From contig NC_090598.1 in assembly GCF_000497125.1 (NCBI RefSeq), positions 496,001 to 560,000 of the forward strand: a DNA stretch of 64,000 bases, in the 5' to 3' direction. Positions within the stretch are counted from its first letter, which is position 1, and each line of letters begins with the position of its first letter. The notes below the pieces were generated by a model that was given only the letters and a program-made list of their open reading frames with translations, ran no database searches and was not told the origin of the DNA. The DNA comes from Spironucleus salmonicida (lineage: Eukaryota). Shown one piece after another: positions 1 to 13,761 of this stretch. The position numbers and the translations under genes are program-made.

Positions 1-180
1 TAAGAAGACTGTATTTTGGCAGTTTCTCATGGATCTGTGATTAGTATTTTATTATGTGTAATTTTAGATATTCCACTAAATAAATATTGGACAAGTTATC
101 TCAATAATAGCGGAATAGGATGTTTATAATTTGAAAATAATGTTTGGAAAATTAAATCTTGGGGTTAATATGATAATTGA
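1..180 (+). CDS. Histidine phosphatase / phosphoglycerate mutase family protein, C-terminal part (5' end outside window)
   Basis: Code-6 translation ...ILAVSHGSVISILLCVILDIPLNKYWTSYLNNSGIGCLQFENNVWKIKSWG; the VSHG motif and the N-x-(S/G)-I strand match the PGM-like C-terminus; TGA at 178-180. Confidence 0.75.
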
Positions 181-217
181 TATATTATATATAAAATATA
201 TTATTTATTATTCGCTA

Positions 218-1675
218 ATGTATATTATTTTAACTTAGAATTACTTTTTGTATGCCTTGTAAGATAATGATCTCTATCTTTGGAGTGGAAATCCTTTATT
301 TTCAGAATTGAAAGATTTTCAAGTTGAAACATTATACTCTGATAACACCTCATAAATTATTTAAGTCTAACCATTGCTGGTTTTTCGATAAATATACTTT
401 AAAGTTAATATATAATATTCTAATAAAATTATATAGTAAGTTCATATAATAAGTAAAGATCTTGTATTCCTTGCTTTTTAAGTACAAACTTTAGTTGCTA
501 ATATAAAAATTTCTATTTCTGGTATTTAAAACACTGTTGAAATTAAATTTGATAAAAATTTATATCTTTAATAGTTCTAAATGGTTATATTAACTAAATT
601 TTTCAAAAAATAATCATAAAAATTTATTGCTTATAAAATAGCAGAAGAAGATTCTAAGTTAGTTTATAACTTATAAAGTGACTTAGAGTCGAGAATAAAA
701 TCAGGACTGAAATAGATATGGATAGAATATACAATAAAACTCTCAGATGAAATACAATTTTAATTTAGTTTAAGAGTACATGATATATAATTTAAGAATT
801 ATGAAAATTTTATTGGGAAATCTTAAATAATGTTGTTTCCAAATGCTATATAAATTACTTCATTTTAGTCGACTAATTTTTTAAAATATATGAAATAGTT
901 TTAAGCATAAGGCGTTAAAAATATTTTAATTTATTTGGTATTAAATGTACTTGATAATAAATAATAAGCTAGCAATACATCACGTAAATTTTTTATTAAC
1001 GTAGCATTTAAAAGATTTTTCGATGCAGAACTTAACATTTATTGTAATGAAATGGAAACACCTGCTGACTGTTATTTATATATTTATTAATGTTAATTTA
1101 TAGAAGAACATACAATAGTAGGATTTGTTGATTTTTAATTTATAAGTAGTTAAGTTTATTAATAAATTTTTAGTTTTAATGAGTTTGTTCATAATTATTG
1201 TGCTAAAAGTATGAAGCTTTAGCTTTATGGAAAATACTTAACAGTTATGATTTAAAGCTCTACAAATTCTCTTTTATGTCCTAGATTTTATGATCAGTAA
1301 GTTATGTTTTATATTGATTAAGTAAACTAAATGCACTATCCATCTATTGCTGCAAAAGATGATCATATAGTTACTTTAACTTATTTTATAAAAAGTAATA
1401 ATTTTAGTACTATTTTGAAACTTAATAATGCACAAATTGATGGAATAATACAGATAATGAATACTAAATAATTTTAACGTGTAGCTACGATACAGTTGTT
1501 AAATAATCAGACTATTATGGATTCAACATTTCCATATATATCTGAAATTGAATATATATAAAAAGATAATATTTTACAATTAATTTTAGGTAGCGTTTGC
1601 TTAGCAACGACAATATTAATTATAATATCAATTGTTCTTCTACGAAGGAGAAGCAAAAAAATAGGAATTTAGTGA
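218..1675 (+). CDS. Single-pass membrane protein, hypothetical (485 aa)
   Basis: ATG and TGA are in frame under code 6 (interior partly checked). Short hydrophobic N-terminus MYIILTQ, C-terminal TM ILGSVCLATTILIIISIVLL followed by RRRSKK, ends in AGTGA. Confidence 0.7.
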
Positions 1676-1703
1676 CATTTTATATTATAATTATTTACGT
1701 AAA

Positions 1704-2213
1704 ATGAGGTAAAATGAATCATAATCATCACTTCGGTGTAAGAGGTAGGAAATTGAGGTCAATTAAAAAATAGGTAGCCTAGTGGTAGATAAATTAGACT
1801 TCAAGTCATATTAAAAATTCCTACCCGATTTTTCATATAATTATACATAAAATAAACAAAGAATATTAAAATCTGTGACCAAGCCAATATATTAAAGCAG
1901 TACTATTCACAAAGAATTTGTTGTAGAAAATAACAACCCAGTAAACTAAGGGCTTTTAAAAAACTATACTTTATCTTAAAACTAATTTATTTAATCCTAA
2001 GCATAAGTTTTTTAAACAATTACAGCTGAATTATCTGATGATAATATTCTTCATAAATCAAATAATTTTGAAGAAAATATATGCATTTTGCGTCAAGAAA
2101 CAAATCTAAAAATCAACACATATTTTGATACAATAAATATAAGATAAAACTAAATTCGCACATTGTCCCCGTTATAATAAAAGATAAGACAACGTAATGC
2201 TTTATTCAAGTGA
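1704..2213 (+). CDS. Hypothetical protein (169 aa)
   Basis: Open frame in code 6 from MRQNESQ to RNALFK, ending in AGTGA. Confidence 0.5.
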
Positions 2214-3150
2214 TTTATTTTAATTTTAGAGTATTCATCATTTTCAATTATTTTATACCCCATTTACCTAATAAATGTAAATATTATTAAATAATATCAT
2301 ATGCTAATCGATAATCCATATCCAAAATAGGTTAAATGAATAGCTTAAATGATTTAATCCTGGCTATCGGCGTTATTAAAATGTCTTTAATTTCCATAAA
2401 TGAAAACTTCGAAATAATGAATAATTCAATAATGTTTGAAAAAATTTCGCATGCCATAAGTTCTTTAAATATAAAAAGAGTTTATTTGATATCATAGATT
2501 TATTATAAACAAATATTTAATGCTTCTCCACTCATAATTGGCTAGATCTAATCTAATATCTATTCAATGCCAGTTTAAAGTAATTTTTCAATATTCTGTT
2601 TTATTGCTAATAATTTCTCATCTTTATTCATCTCTAGTAGAAGTAATATAACCTCATAAGCGTGCTAAATATAATATTTTTAATAGTTATAAAATTTTCC
2701 ATTTAGGTTCTCCATAAAATAAAAATCAGTAAAATATTCATCTTTTATTTTATATTTTAATCCTAGCGTAAATTTAAAATAATTAATAATAATATGTTCG
2801 GAATTAACTTCATTTAAAATAGTGTTTAAAGGTTAAATATTTATTTATTTAGCAATATTTGGTTAAACGAAATTTTTATCAATTAAGTTGATAACTAAAG
2901 TCGGATCTTACTCAGTCAATAAATTAATCAACTTAATATTATTTTTTAATTAATATTATAAAACTTAATAAGTTATCTTCGCATTTCTAACTTAAATAAC
3001 TGTTTTTTCTTCTAATAAATCAATATACTTCAAACAGTATTACAAAGCTTCCTCGTTTTTATAAGCTATAATTAACTATTAAATATACTTATTTAAATTC
3101 GTTTTATTTGTATTCTACTTTAACTTCTGAAAAAATAAATCTAACTCCAT
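2206..3150 (-). CDS. Hypothetical protein (314 aa)
   Basis: Open frame in code 6 from MELDLFFQKL with no in-frame TGA until 2206; no recognisable motif. Confidence 0.6.
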
Positions 3151-3200
3151 TGTTTTATATTAAAATAATGTACATATAATATTCACTCTAAACTTTTTAG

Positions 3201-4163
3201 TCACTAAATAAGTCTAAATTTCATAAATGCTTAACACTCAGTGCTTTGCCAGCACTCAGAAATTTTTTAATCTACTCCTGCGCATAATTTCTAATATCGC
3301 TTCAATAAATACTATTCGCTTAATTTTAGCTCTTAAATAAGCTCTTCTTGACTCTTAGTGCGAGTCCGATTCGTTTTCGACCCCAAATCTACAACACAAG
3401 TCTACTCAAACTAGTCATTTTTAAACGTAATTTGTGAGATTTTCATTCCACGAAAAATCAGATTTTAAAGTAACCCTGATGCGATAGGACGTCGCTCCAC
3501 ATCTGTCAACATTCCTAACACAAAGATCTATAAATTTTATGGAAATTATCTGAAAAAATTGTTCAATTTTGGCGTTTTTTCTGTTATAAACTTGAAGCTC
3601 TGCATCATAGAAGATGAGATAAACGGATTCTCGAGCTACATGAGCGTTATCAGAGACACCCCGAGGCTCCAAATGTCAGAAGAAGTGGAATACGAATTTT
3701 AATTCAAAACTTCTGGAGCAATAAAACACGGCGTCCCAACACACGTTTTCATCAACGCCTCCTAGTTCGAAATACCAAAATCCGTGAGATGAAAATCCGT
3801 AGAATCCGATATCAAAATGTTAGCTGGTTTCACGTCTCTATGCGCGATTTTTCTGTCATGCAAATAATTGAGCGCCTGCAACACCTGAAACGCGATTTTG
3901 CTTATGGTCTGTGCGTGCAAAGGCTGAACTCGGCGCTTAATTTGCTGGTTCAGGTCCGATTTTCGGTAGAACGGAAATTTGATTTTGAATTGACTTTCAT
4001 CGCTCGAAAATGACACTAAAGGCACAATGAGCGGGTGCTGAATTTAGGACAAAATCAGCAGCTCCTGTGTTGACATCGCGCTGATCGGGACGCGTTTTTC
4101 GACGTAAAAAACGCCGTTTTCTGCGTACAAAAACGCGTTCGACGTGTGCGGCAGCAGCCTCAT
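3201..4163 (-). CDS. NEK-like Ser/Thr protein kinase (320 aa)
   Basis: Contains IAHRDVKPANIL, DFG, TCVGTPCFIAPE and SDIWSLG, contiguous only if TAG/TAA = Gln; ends TAG-TGA (AGTGA). Confidence 0.9.
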
Positions 4164-4187
4164 AAATGGAAAATGTAGAGAGTAGGG

Positions 4188-4862
4188 TCACTCAAAAACA
4201 GATTTCAGCCACTGCTCGATTTCGGCCGTCGACTTTGTTCCCTCGAATTTGATGTATTTCAGGCCTATTCTGGCTATGATTTATGGCTCTTCGGTGTCCA
4301 AAAGAAAAGGGTGCAGCGGTGAGTTTTTGTAAACTTCATAAACTTGAGAGTTAAATCCGACGATTCCAGCCACTTTTGCCCTTTTTTCGAGCATTTTTCC
4401 AAAGGTAATAAGCATTTTGGATGGCTTCGCTGAAGCGGTGATGATGAAAAGCGCATCTCCCTCTTCTGTAGCGATTTTGTTGACTTTCTTGCCCCTAGAA
4501 AGCTCAAATGGGAGCTTTACCATCGATTTAACCCAGGAAATGACGTCCGATTCGGTCCTACCGCCTTCGTATGTTATACCCTTTTTGCCATCCTTTGAAT
4601 GATAGATTTTCATTGTTGGGAAGCCCTGGACACCTTACTGGCCGCAAACACCTTTATTTTCCTGCTTGTCGCAGTCCATCGCGTAAAGTTTCACTGATTT
4701 CTCTAGGGACTCTGCCGCTGCAGTATATTCTGGCATAAACTATTTGCAGTGACCGCACCAGGGCGCGTAAAATAATACTGCAAATGTCTCCTACTATTTG
4801 TTAAGGTCCTTAAATTCTTCTGGTGATAGTTTACTGAGCTTGGAAAAGACTAGGAGCAGCAT
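4188..4862 (-). CDS. Protein disulfide isomerase / thioredoxin-domain protein (224 aa)
   Basis: FYAPWCGHCK active site, GVQGFPTMK and YEGGRT motifs; short hydrophobic N-terminus; ends AGTGA. Confidence 0.92.
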
Positions 4863-5045
4863 TTTTGATATGAGAAATGACGACGATTGACGAATTTTGG
4901 CAACAGTAAAATATATTATAACTAGTAAAATAAATTTTTGGAAAATAATCATATGACAATCAAAATAATATTGAATAATAGATAAATTGAGAAACTTAAT
5001 GGAACTGCAGTCATTAATGATAATAATTTTAAATTTTTAAATAAT

Positions 5046-5582
5046 TCAGAAGTTAATCCCACCATTGTTACGTCTTGCTAGTTTCTTTCCAAAACGTTCT
5101 TTTAAATCTTCAAATTTCATTAAAGTAAATTTTTCCAATATTATTGTACTATTATGTCGCTTAATCTTGCCTTATGTAAAACCCTCCCTACCAGATGACC
5201 TTGCCAATGCATTTTACTAAAGTTGTCTGTTTTGAACATCAGTAAGATTATTTTTATCTCGTTGTTATCGCTCTAGTGCTTAATGACGAAATACTTCGTT
5301 TTCAGGGAGGCTCATAGCGAGTGCTTTAAAACTCATTTGTGAATATTGTGATCGTTTAAGTGATTAATATAATGCTTATTCAGACTATTATTGTAAAGCA
5401 AGTTCAGGGAGATTTTCAAAAGGGCTTGTTTAAATAACATACCCTGATGATGATCCATTCTTTCCACGAGTCATTTGTAAGGTACGTGCATGCAAAGGCG
5501 ATGAATTTGGTAAAGGATTCATATATTGAGACTAAATTGATTGTGAGCGGGTTAGTCTGAGTTGTGTTGTTGGGGACTCCAT
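5046..5582 (-). CDS. Hypothetical protein (178 aa)
   Basis: Code-6 ORF MESPTTQLRL...NNGGINF*; low complexity, no motif. Confidence 0.6.
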
Positions 5583-6239
5583 TCCGTAACAATGAGTTTA
5601 GTATAATATATTAAGTATGTTTTCATAAATATATTATGTATATCATAATTTAAAATTATAATAGAATAGAATTTCATATATTAAATTAAATCAAACACTA
5701 TATATTGTGTTTATGTACAATCACAGATTTTGCTAACTATTTATTATGTTTATGGCTCAGGGTAATTATTTACGATATATTGTATATATAGATTAAATTT
5801 TTATAATTCAATAATTTAATGTTAATTATCTTTTATCAAAAGCTTTGACACTAATATTGTTCAATATATTTAGTCAAAACCTTATACTAACTATTACTCG
5901 ATAATCATGTTAGTAACATTAATTTCATATGAAATATTATTATAAAATGGAGACTTCCACAGTCTTGAGAATATAAATTTTATTCCAAAATATATTACAT
6001 TTTTATATAATATTTAATATATCTAAAACTTGTTGAACAATGCTTGTTTTGTATATAAGTAAAAAATTAAAAATTCATATAATTTAATAGCAATATAATC
6101 TAAGAATATCAAATATGCTAATATTTAATGTAAATTTGTAGATAAAATATATTTTATAGTAGGTTGATCAAATTTGAATTTATTGTAGTTATTTTAAACA
6201 AAATAACAAAGAAATTGTATAATATAGTACTGTTATATT

Positions 6240-7325
6240 TCACTATTCCATTTAAGAATCTATGTTTAATAAATCTTCATTATTCTCAAATGGCAGCACT
6301 CTGTTTTGAATAACTTTTCTCCAACAATATAATGTTATAATAACAATTGCCAAAATTACTACTACAATAACAATAATAATTCCAATAATCGAACCTACAC
6401 TTAATTATTGAACGACTTCACATTGACCCTCTTTTAGTCTCCTGCCTTCGTCGCACAGTGAACAGGTTGCGGCATCCTTAGCGTCGCAGGTCGCGCAATT
6501 CTTCACATGAGCGAAGCAGTTATCCACGACGCAATGCGTACCAGCGAGATTTGGAACTAGAGCGTCTTCGCACGTAAGGCACATAGTGATATCATCTTGA
6601 CATGATAGGCAACCTAAAATTGCTGTTGATCCAAAAATGCACGTGTTTACACGGCATTCGTTGTTAAATGTATCAGGAGAATATCCATCGATGCATTAGT
6701 CGCATTATGTTAAAAATGGTGTATTGCATTTTATACACTTATCAACCGCACTCTAGCCGTTCATACAATCAATACAAGCCAAACCATCAGCGGTAATACC
6801 TTTATCTGATTAGCATAGTCCGCATAGTGACGGGTACGAATCTTTACATTGGACACAAAACTTAATATCCTCTAGACATACAGGAGTCAGGCAGCCGGTG
6901 CCCTCAGAATTTGCTACCTGTCCCTCGGGGCAGCCGACACACGAAAGTCCGTCCGTAGAGGGCACGGCACCATTCGTGCATCCTGCGCAGTGCGTAGGAT
7001 CCGCTTTGTCGCAGGTCGCGCAGTCTTAGATGCCGATGCACTGGCTGCCGACACACTCCGTCCCAGCGGCATTAGGCACCAAGGGCTTCGCGCAGGTCTC
7101 GCACGTGTTCGTGTCCCTGGCGGGGACCTTATCGTTCGTGCAGGCGGTGCAGAGCTGCGGGGCATCAAAATCACACGTCGAGCAGTCTGTGGTAAAGACC
7201 AGGCACATGTTTGGAGTTAAAGGTGCGCAGGCGGTGTTATTCGTCACTAATACGTACGGTGGGTTACATTCTTTGCATTTCGTACCATCTACGGGGTCGT
7301 TCGTTTTGCAGTTAGCAATACTCAT
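6240..7325 (-). CDS. Cysteine-rich membrane protein CRMP-A (361 aa)
   Basis: MSIANCKTNDPVDGTKCKEC..., repeated CXXC, C-terminal TM (VGSIIGIIIVIVVVILAIVIITLYCW) and tail ...ENNEDLLNIDSQMEQ*; ends AGTGA. Confidence 0.88.
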
Positions 7326-8004
7326 TAGAGAAAAGGAATGTGACAAATATCGGTTATGTGATTATTGTACTATAAAGTTCATAAGTGACTCCAAGATTTA
7401 ACACGATACATCTACATACCAGCACACAGACTTAGCGCAATTCGGATATATAAAGAAGTGCCTGCCATCTGCCATTGTACCAGACGGCTATTGGGCAGGC
7501 GCGTGCTAGACGGGCCGGCTCTTGCGTATTACTGCGCACCGGACATCGCCAGCAAAAGTTAAGGGAATGTGCGAGTTCGTGAATCAGCCAGCCCCTAGCA
7601 GCGCTCGGACCCGTCGCATGCTAGCAGCGCCTGGTAAGCATCCCTGTGCAATGGCCGAATGCCCCAGGACTGCATCGAAATGGCGCCAGCTAGGCCTGGG
7701 TGAAACGGCTGTGCGCATAGCGTCACTGCCAGAGCTTGCCGCGGTAGGAATTGGCAGCTGCACATAGGCAAGCTGCTGCGAAAACTGCCTCTGGCGTAGA
7801 CGTCCTCCCATCCCGCGTCGGCAGCCTAGGGTGCAGCGAATCCCCCAGAACCCGTAACGGACGGAGCTTCTAGAACGGTGCGGCTTCAGCGGCAACCGCT
7901 GGCACCAGGATGATCTGCAGTGCAGTGACGGTGAATGCCAGCGCGAACCGTTTGGTGTACGCGGTGGGCACTCCTGGGCGGATGCCCGCAGGGATAGTAT
8001 AATA
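6881..8004. repeat. Direct segmental duplication, copy 1 (1124 bp; partner 13317-14440)
   Basis: Matches at offset 6436 with only two substitutions seen by eye. Covers the 5' 445 bp of the CRMP plus ~680 bp of GC-rich upstream DNA. Confidence 0.95.
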
Positions 8005-8268
8005 ATGTACTCAGAAAACAACGCCTATTAGTGAGTGGCTAGAGCCTACCCCAGTGCCTGGAATCTTGTAGGTTGTGCCAGTTTGTGGTCATATAACGCT
8101 AGTACAACGACAGTTCTTGCACAATTTAGCTGAGTGCACAAATCTATCGTTGTGTCTGACGTCCTCTAGATTTTTGTTGGCTTCAACCATCTAGCGACAA
8201 ACTCACATCCCATGCCTACCCCGCTGGCCTTGATTATTGAAAATGGTTTTAGGTCACTTAATTATCGG

Positions 8269-10287
8269 TCAGTTTATGGCATACCCGCTGCTGGCCTCGG
8301 GTTGGGCTTTGCTCCTCATCTTCCTCACGAGCATGGCTCCAACCACCACAGCTATGATTATCACAGCGATCACAATCATTCCCAGCCCGGCGGCGGTGCC
8401 CGCACTGCCCCTGTTCTGCGAGCAATCACCATCAATAGCAACGGATCCATCTTCACATTTTATGCAGTAAGTTGCCCCAGCACACTCGATGCAGCCTTTC
8501 TCACAGCGTCTGCAAATATTTTCTGAAATAAAATAGTACTTTTCGCATTGATTGCATTTTTTATCCTTCAAATCGAAATCTATACATTTCCTTGAATTCG
8601 AAACGCAAACCCCTGACATTATACTAAATCCACGTTCACACATTTTGCAATTATTTGGATTAGCTAAACTGCACTCTATGCATGACTTATCGTTTATCAA
8701 ACAGGTATCATAATGATCGCAAATACCATAGACCAGGGCGTATCCTTATTTACAGTACTAACATTTGGTTTTATCATTATCCTGGCAACCATTACATTAG
8801 AAAATAGCATTTGGACCTACCTGACAATCATCTCGAGGAACACATTTACCTTCAGATTCCACATGGGTATCTTTGCACGTTTTGCAAATTGTTGGATTCA
8901 ATAAGGAGCAGATGGTACAGTCATCAATTTTGGATAAGCACGCATCATAATGTTCGCATTTCCCTTCCACCAATATGTAAGTAGGAGCACATGCGTAGCA
9001 GGTTTTCGGGTCTTCCACTGAGCAATGTACGCAATTATTGTTTTTGGTGCTTTTATATGAACAATTTGATTTGTTATCAATACAACTACCAGAAACGAGT
9101 CTAGACTCAGAGTTACACAAATCGCAAACGTTGGAAATAGTTTTGCTGCATTGAATACAATCCATATCTTAGTAAAAACAGTAATCGTATTCTATACACT
9201 TTCCATTGACAAGCTTGTGAGACGAAATGCACCCTGAGCATTAAAATTTATCGTACTGGAAACACGAGTTACAGTTTTAAACTGAATTTGGCCCTCCTCT
9301 ACAGTCATCACGAAGTATACACAAACCATCAGTTTTAATATACGTAGGTTTACATGAATAACAGATATGAGGATTGGTAGAGTCACAGTAGTTGCAATTA
9401 TCAATAGTTTTTAGGCAAGAATCCTTGTTCACGCACTTTCCTTCAAGTAATATATAGGATTTGTCGCATCGGTGACAAATCATTTTATCTTGAGGATCAC
9501 AGCTTTTGCAGTTGTCCACCGAATGCATCCCCGCGGTGCAGTCGTCACGTGGGACACACTTGTCTTTAATCTGGTCGTGGGTATGATCGCACATCTCGCA
9601 AGCGGTTGGATTCTCCTAGGTGCATTGAGAACAATGCTCGACCGTCTTCAGGCAGGCATCCTTGGCCACGCACACCCCGCTGACTAGAGTGTGGGTTTTT
9701 TCGCAGCGCTCACACTTCATCCTGTCATTGCGGTCGCAGTTAATACATTTCTCAATTGCATTAGGACCTACTATGCAGTTTGACCTGAAGATACACTTGT
9801 CGTCGCTCAGATAGTAGCCGTCCACGCAGGAGCCGCACTGTCCAGCACCATCTCTAGTGCATTTTGCACAGTGGTCGAGTGCCACTGGCCCGGAATTATA
9901 GGCGTCCGGGACTGAGCACTCAGTGCCCAGGTTTACCAGTCCCTGGGCGCATTCACCGCAGAGGCGGGGGTCCGCAATATTGCAACTAATACAGTAGTGG
10001 TTGTAGTACTTGCAGTTGTTAACGTGGACGCAAGTTCCATCGACGAGGGTATGGAAGCGCGGGTTGCATCTCCTGCACGTCTTGGCGTCGCCGAAGCAGT
10101 CCGTGCAGGCCATGCTGGCGCAGTCGGAGGTCTTCTGACACGTACCATCAACATTTATAGTTTTCTTGCAAAAGACCCCACATTATCCAGAACCAATTGC
10201 TAGCTGCGGGCGGCAGGTTAAACAGATGGCTGATGGCGAGGTATCAGTGCATGTTAAGCATTCTACTTTGCTATCATGGCAGATCAT
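8269..10287 (-). CDS. Cysteine-rich membrane protein CRMP-C (672 aa)
   Basis: Four supplied Cys-rich ORF fragments are in one frame joined by TAR = Gln. Internal ~50-aa CXXC repeats, TM (AAGLGMIVIAVIIIAVVVGAMLV) and tail RKMRSK...GYAIN*. Confidence 0.9.
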
Positions 10288-12630
10288 TTTAGATGAAGGG
10301 ATAAATTTAATAATTCTCAATTTGGTGTAATATACATAGTTTCGATCCAAGTTTTACTTCCCTATTTATAACTTTTTTAAAAACATGAACATCTTAAACC
10401 ACAAATAGTAAAGTTATTTTTATACTTATGCATTTCTATATATATGATAATAAGTAGAGTTTTAGTGTCACGTCTAAAACATTCATGACTATCAACGCTC
10501 TCAATTTTATATATAAAATTTTATACTGGAATTCTAAATTTAAAAGATAATTATAGAAAATTATATTATAGAGTAGTTTCCGATACGATTGCTAGTTTGA
10601 TTAATATCTGATATGCTAATAATAGAATCATGGCTTCTATGCTCCTTCCATTCGCGTGTTTTTCATTTTATATTTGGCCTTGATTCAGCAGGCGTCTGAG
10701 ATCATATGACAGTGAAATTCTATTTTCGGATTATTAGTATCAAAATTGGCAATCTCTATCTGTCGAATAACACGGTTTCACTAGTCAGAGGGGAAACAGT
10801 AAGTGCTACTTAGCGGGATAATTATCCACAAGATGCTACATCCTCAAAGTCAATGTTTCTATTTATGCGGAAGCTTGAGCCAGAGATGGAAATAACTTCT
10901 AAGCGCATGCAAGGAGTTACAATTATTTCAGCGCCTATCAAGATACGCTAATCCTGCTACTCTACCAACTTCGCATAGAACCATAGATAGTATGTCGAGT
11001 GCGTTTGGGATAGGATTCTATGTAATACTACGAATAATATTGTGGCCATGCTAGCTTCATGCGCTAGGGCTTAAATGTGAAATTTCTGGATATGGTACTT
11101 GGATTGGTAGTTTGCCCACGCAACTAAAATCCAAGTACTTTTAATTGCGTCCTAATCAAAGAAAACCTTCTTGCATGGTATAGGTAATGTTGGATTAAAT
11201 TCCGATGAAGTCATGTTGGAGCTTCTCGATAGAAGCAATTCTAACTCGCAAACTGTGCTGAAGGAGTACTAACACTTACTACATAATAGCAACTGCGACC
11301 AGGCGTATTCTCAATTCACTACAATTTATTCGAAATAGTGGTTTAACAATTCGTACACAAAACTAAGAAATGTGGTAGAGCCAGTAACCTGGAGATGCCT
11401 TATGGAAAAGAATGAACATGTTGCAGCATGGAATAAGTCCACCGCATAAGCAATCCATGTAATCAGTAATCTACGGTAACCACGCGTTACTAAAGTGGGA
11501 TCTTACGGTGCGATTATGGTCGCACTTCCCTACTAACGCACAGTCGGCTTATGTATTATTCAGATCCCCTGGAGTAGGTGAAAAAAGGGATACTCGCTGG
11601 ATAAATACCAGATAGAAAACTATTAATAATAGAAATCTGATTACGGACTGATAAACAAATAGTATTAATAGTGTTAATGATGGGCCCACTGTCAACTACT
11701 TACATTTGTAGTTCTAGCAGGAAATACCCAGCGATTGATTACAAAGCAATTGCAAGAAAAAGTGAGTGCTAGTACTATAGGAGAGTTTCTGAAAATTTAA
11801 GTATCATTTGTATAGCGGCGTCACAAAATAAAAAATACTATAGCGTGTGAAAATGTACCTCATCTGCCTATCTAGCCTGTCAAACCCAGTTATTTGTTAC
11901 TAATTACCAAACTCAATGAATCCATAATTTGCTATCAATTTGCAACTTACCTCGCCTGTAAGTATATAGGTCTATGACTAGTTCGAATTGCACCCGCGTT
12001 CGTAGTGGTCGTATCAGCAGCATTCCAAGAAATCACCGAATAATAACTGAGTTCGGACTGTTTGTCCCTTTATTTATCTGCATGCCATCTCTGGACCCAT
12101 CTGCATGGGACTTCCGCCAGTTTAGTACATGCATAAAGAAGCAGCAAGCCTACGAATATTTATAGCAGCGCAATAATGTCAGGACTTCTACTCTTTGATA
12201 TTGACACCCTAGAAATATGGTAATATAAACACGAATTCTACTCAAGGCTTTAGTTTATCTTAGTAGGCCTAGCAAGTGAAGCAATCCAAAACTTAGTCAC
12301 AACATCCTGTACTTTCAGCTCAAACTAGTCTCATAGTGGGAAATTTGACATGATTCGGAGAACTGGTCACCACAAGTTGCTCAGTTCTAGGCGTCAAGCA
12401 GATGATTCTAGCATTTCCACGGATAATCCATTTTAGGAATGGAGTATCAAGCCAAAACATACCCGTATTAGGTTGATGCGATTAAACTTGCCAATTGATC
12501 ACCCTACTAAAATTGGAACCATGCAACGGCGTGATAGTCATGCTAAAATATAAGAACTTAAAGTAATTTCACAAAACTGAAATTATTAGAAATAGACCCA
12601 TCCTCAGTAAAGCAAGTTGTAGACTCTCAC

Positions 12631-13761
12631 TCAAACCTCATACTGCGACCCTATTTAAGCTTGCACCTGATCTTTGATCAGGGTGGATGCTTTGTTCTGC
12701 TTGTACTTTTTAAATAAATATACCCCGAAAACCGCAAATCCGGCAGCCACTAGAATAACCGCTATGACAATGCCAATAATACCACCTGCGCTTAATTTTT
12801 GGATTTGCTCGCATTTCCCATTTGTCTCAATATGAGCATCGTCGCAAGAATCACACTGACCCTCTTTTAGTCTCCTGCCTTCGTCGCACAGTGAACAGGT
12901 TGCGGCATCCTTAGCGTCGCAGGCCGCGCAATTCTTCACATGAGCGAAGCAGTTATCCACGACGCAATGCGTACCAGCGAGATTTGGAACTAGAGCGTCT
13001 TCGCACGTAAGGCACAACATCTTATTGCTAGCCTAGCAAGTCAGGCATCCTTCAATTGCAGTAGATCCAAAAATACACGTGTTCAAAAGACATTTGTTAT
13101 TAATTGTATCTGGAGAATATCCATCGATACATTCATCGCATTCTGTGAGATACGGAACATTGCATTTTGTGCATTTATCCACAAGTTACGGACCGTTCAT
13201 GCAATCAATGCAAAATAATCCACCTTTCATAAGCCCTTTTCCAGGTTCACATTCACTGCATAACGACGGGGTATCGATGCTGCATTTTACGCAAAATTTT
13301 ATATCCTTAAGGCAGGCAGGAGTCAGGCAGCCGGTGCCCTCAGAATTTGCTACCTGTCCCTCGGGGCAGCCGACACACGAAAGTCCGTCCGTAGAGGGCA
13401 CGGCACCATTCGTGCATCCTGCGCAGTGCGTAGGATCCGCTTTGTCGCAGGTCGCGCAGTCTTAGATGCCGATGCACTGGCTGCCGACACACTCCGTCCC
13501 AGCGGCATTAGGCACCAAGGGCTTCGCGCAGGTCTCGCACGTGTTCGTGTCCCTGGCGGGGACCTTATCGTTCGTGCAGGCGGTGCAGAGCTGCGGGGCA
13601 TCAAAATCACACGTCGAGCAGTCTGTGGTAAAGACCAGGCACATGTTTGGAGTTAAAGGTGCGCAGGCGGTGTTATTCGTCACTAATACGTACGGTGGGT
13701 TACATTCTTTGCATTTCGTACCATCTACGGGGTCGTTCGTTTTGCAGTTAGCAATACTCAT
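12631..13761 (-). CDS. Cysteine-rich membrane protein CRMP-B (376 aa)
   Basis: Same N-terminus as CRMP-A; CXXC repeats; TM LSAGGIIGIVIAVILVAAGFAVFGVYLF then KKYKQNK...SQYEV*; AGTGA follows the stop. Confidence 0.9.

Noticed and set aside
6914-7401. Overlapping alternative-frame and antisense ORFs (also 13079-13837)
   Set aside because: By-products of GC-rich CRMP coding sequence.
7400-8004. rRNA or tRNA in the GC-rich block
   Set aside because: No conserved rRNA segment or cloverleaf/T-loop signature was recognised.
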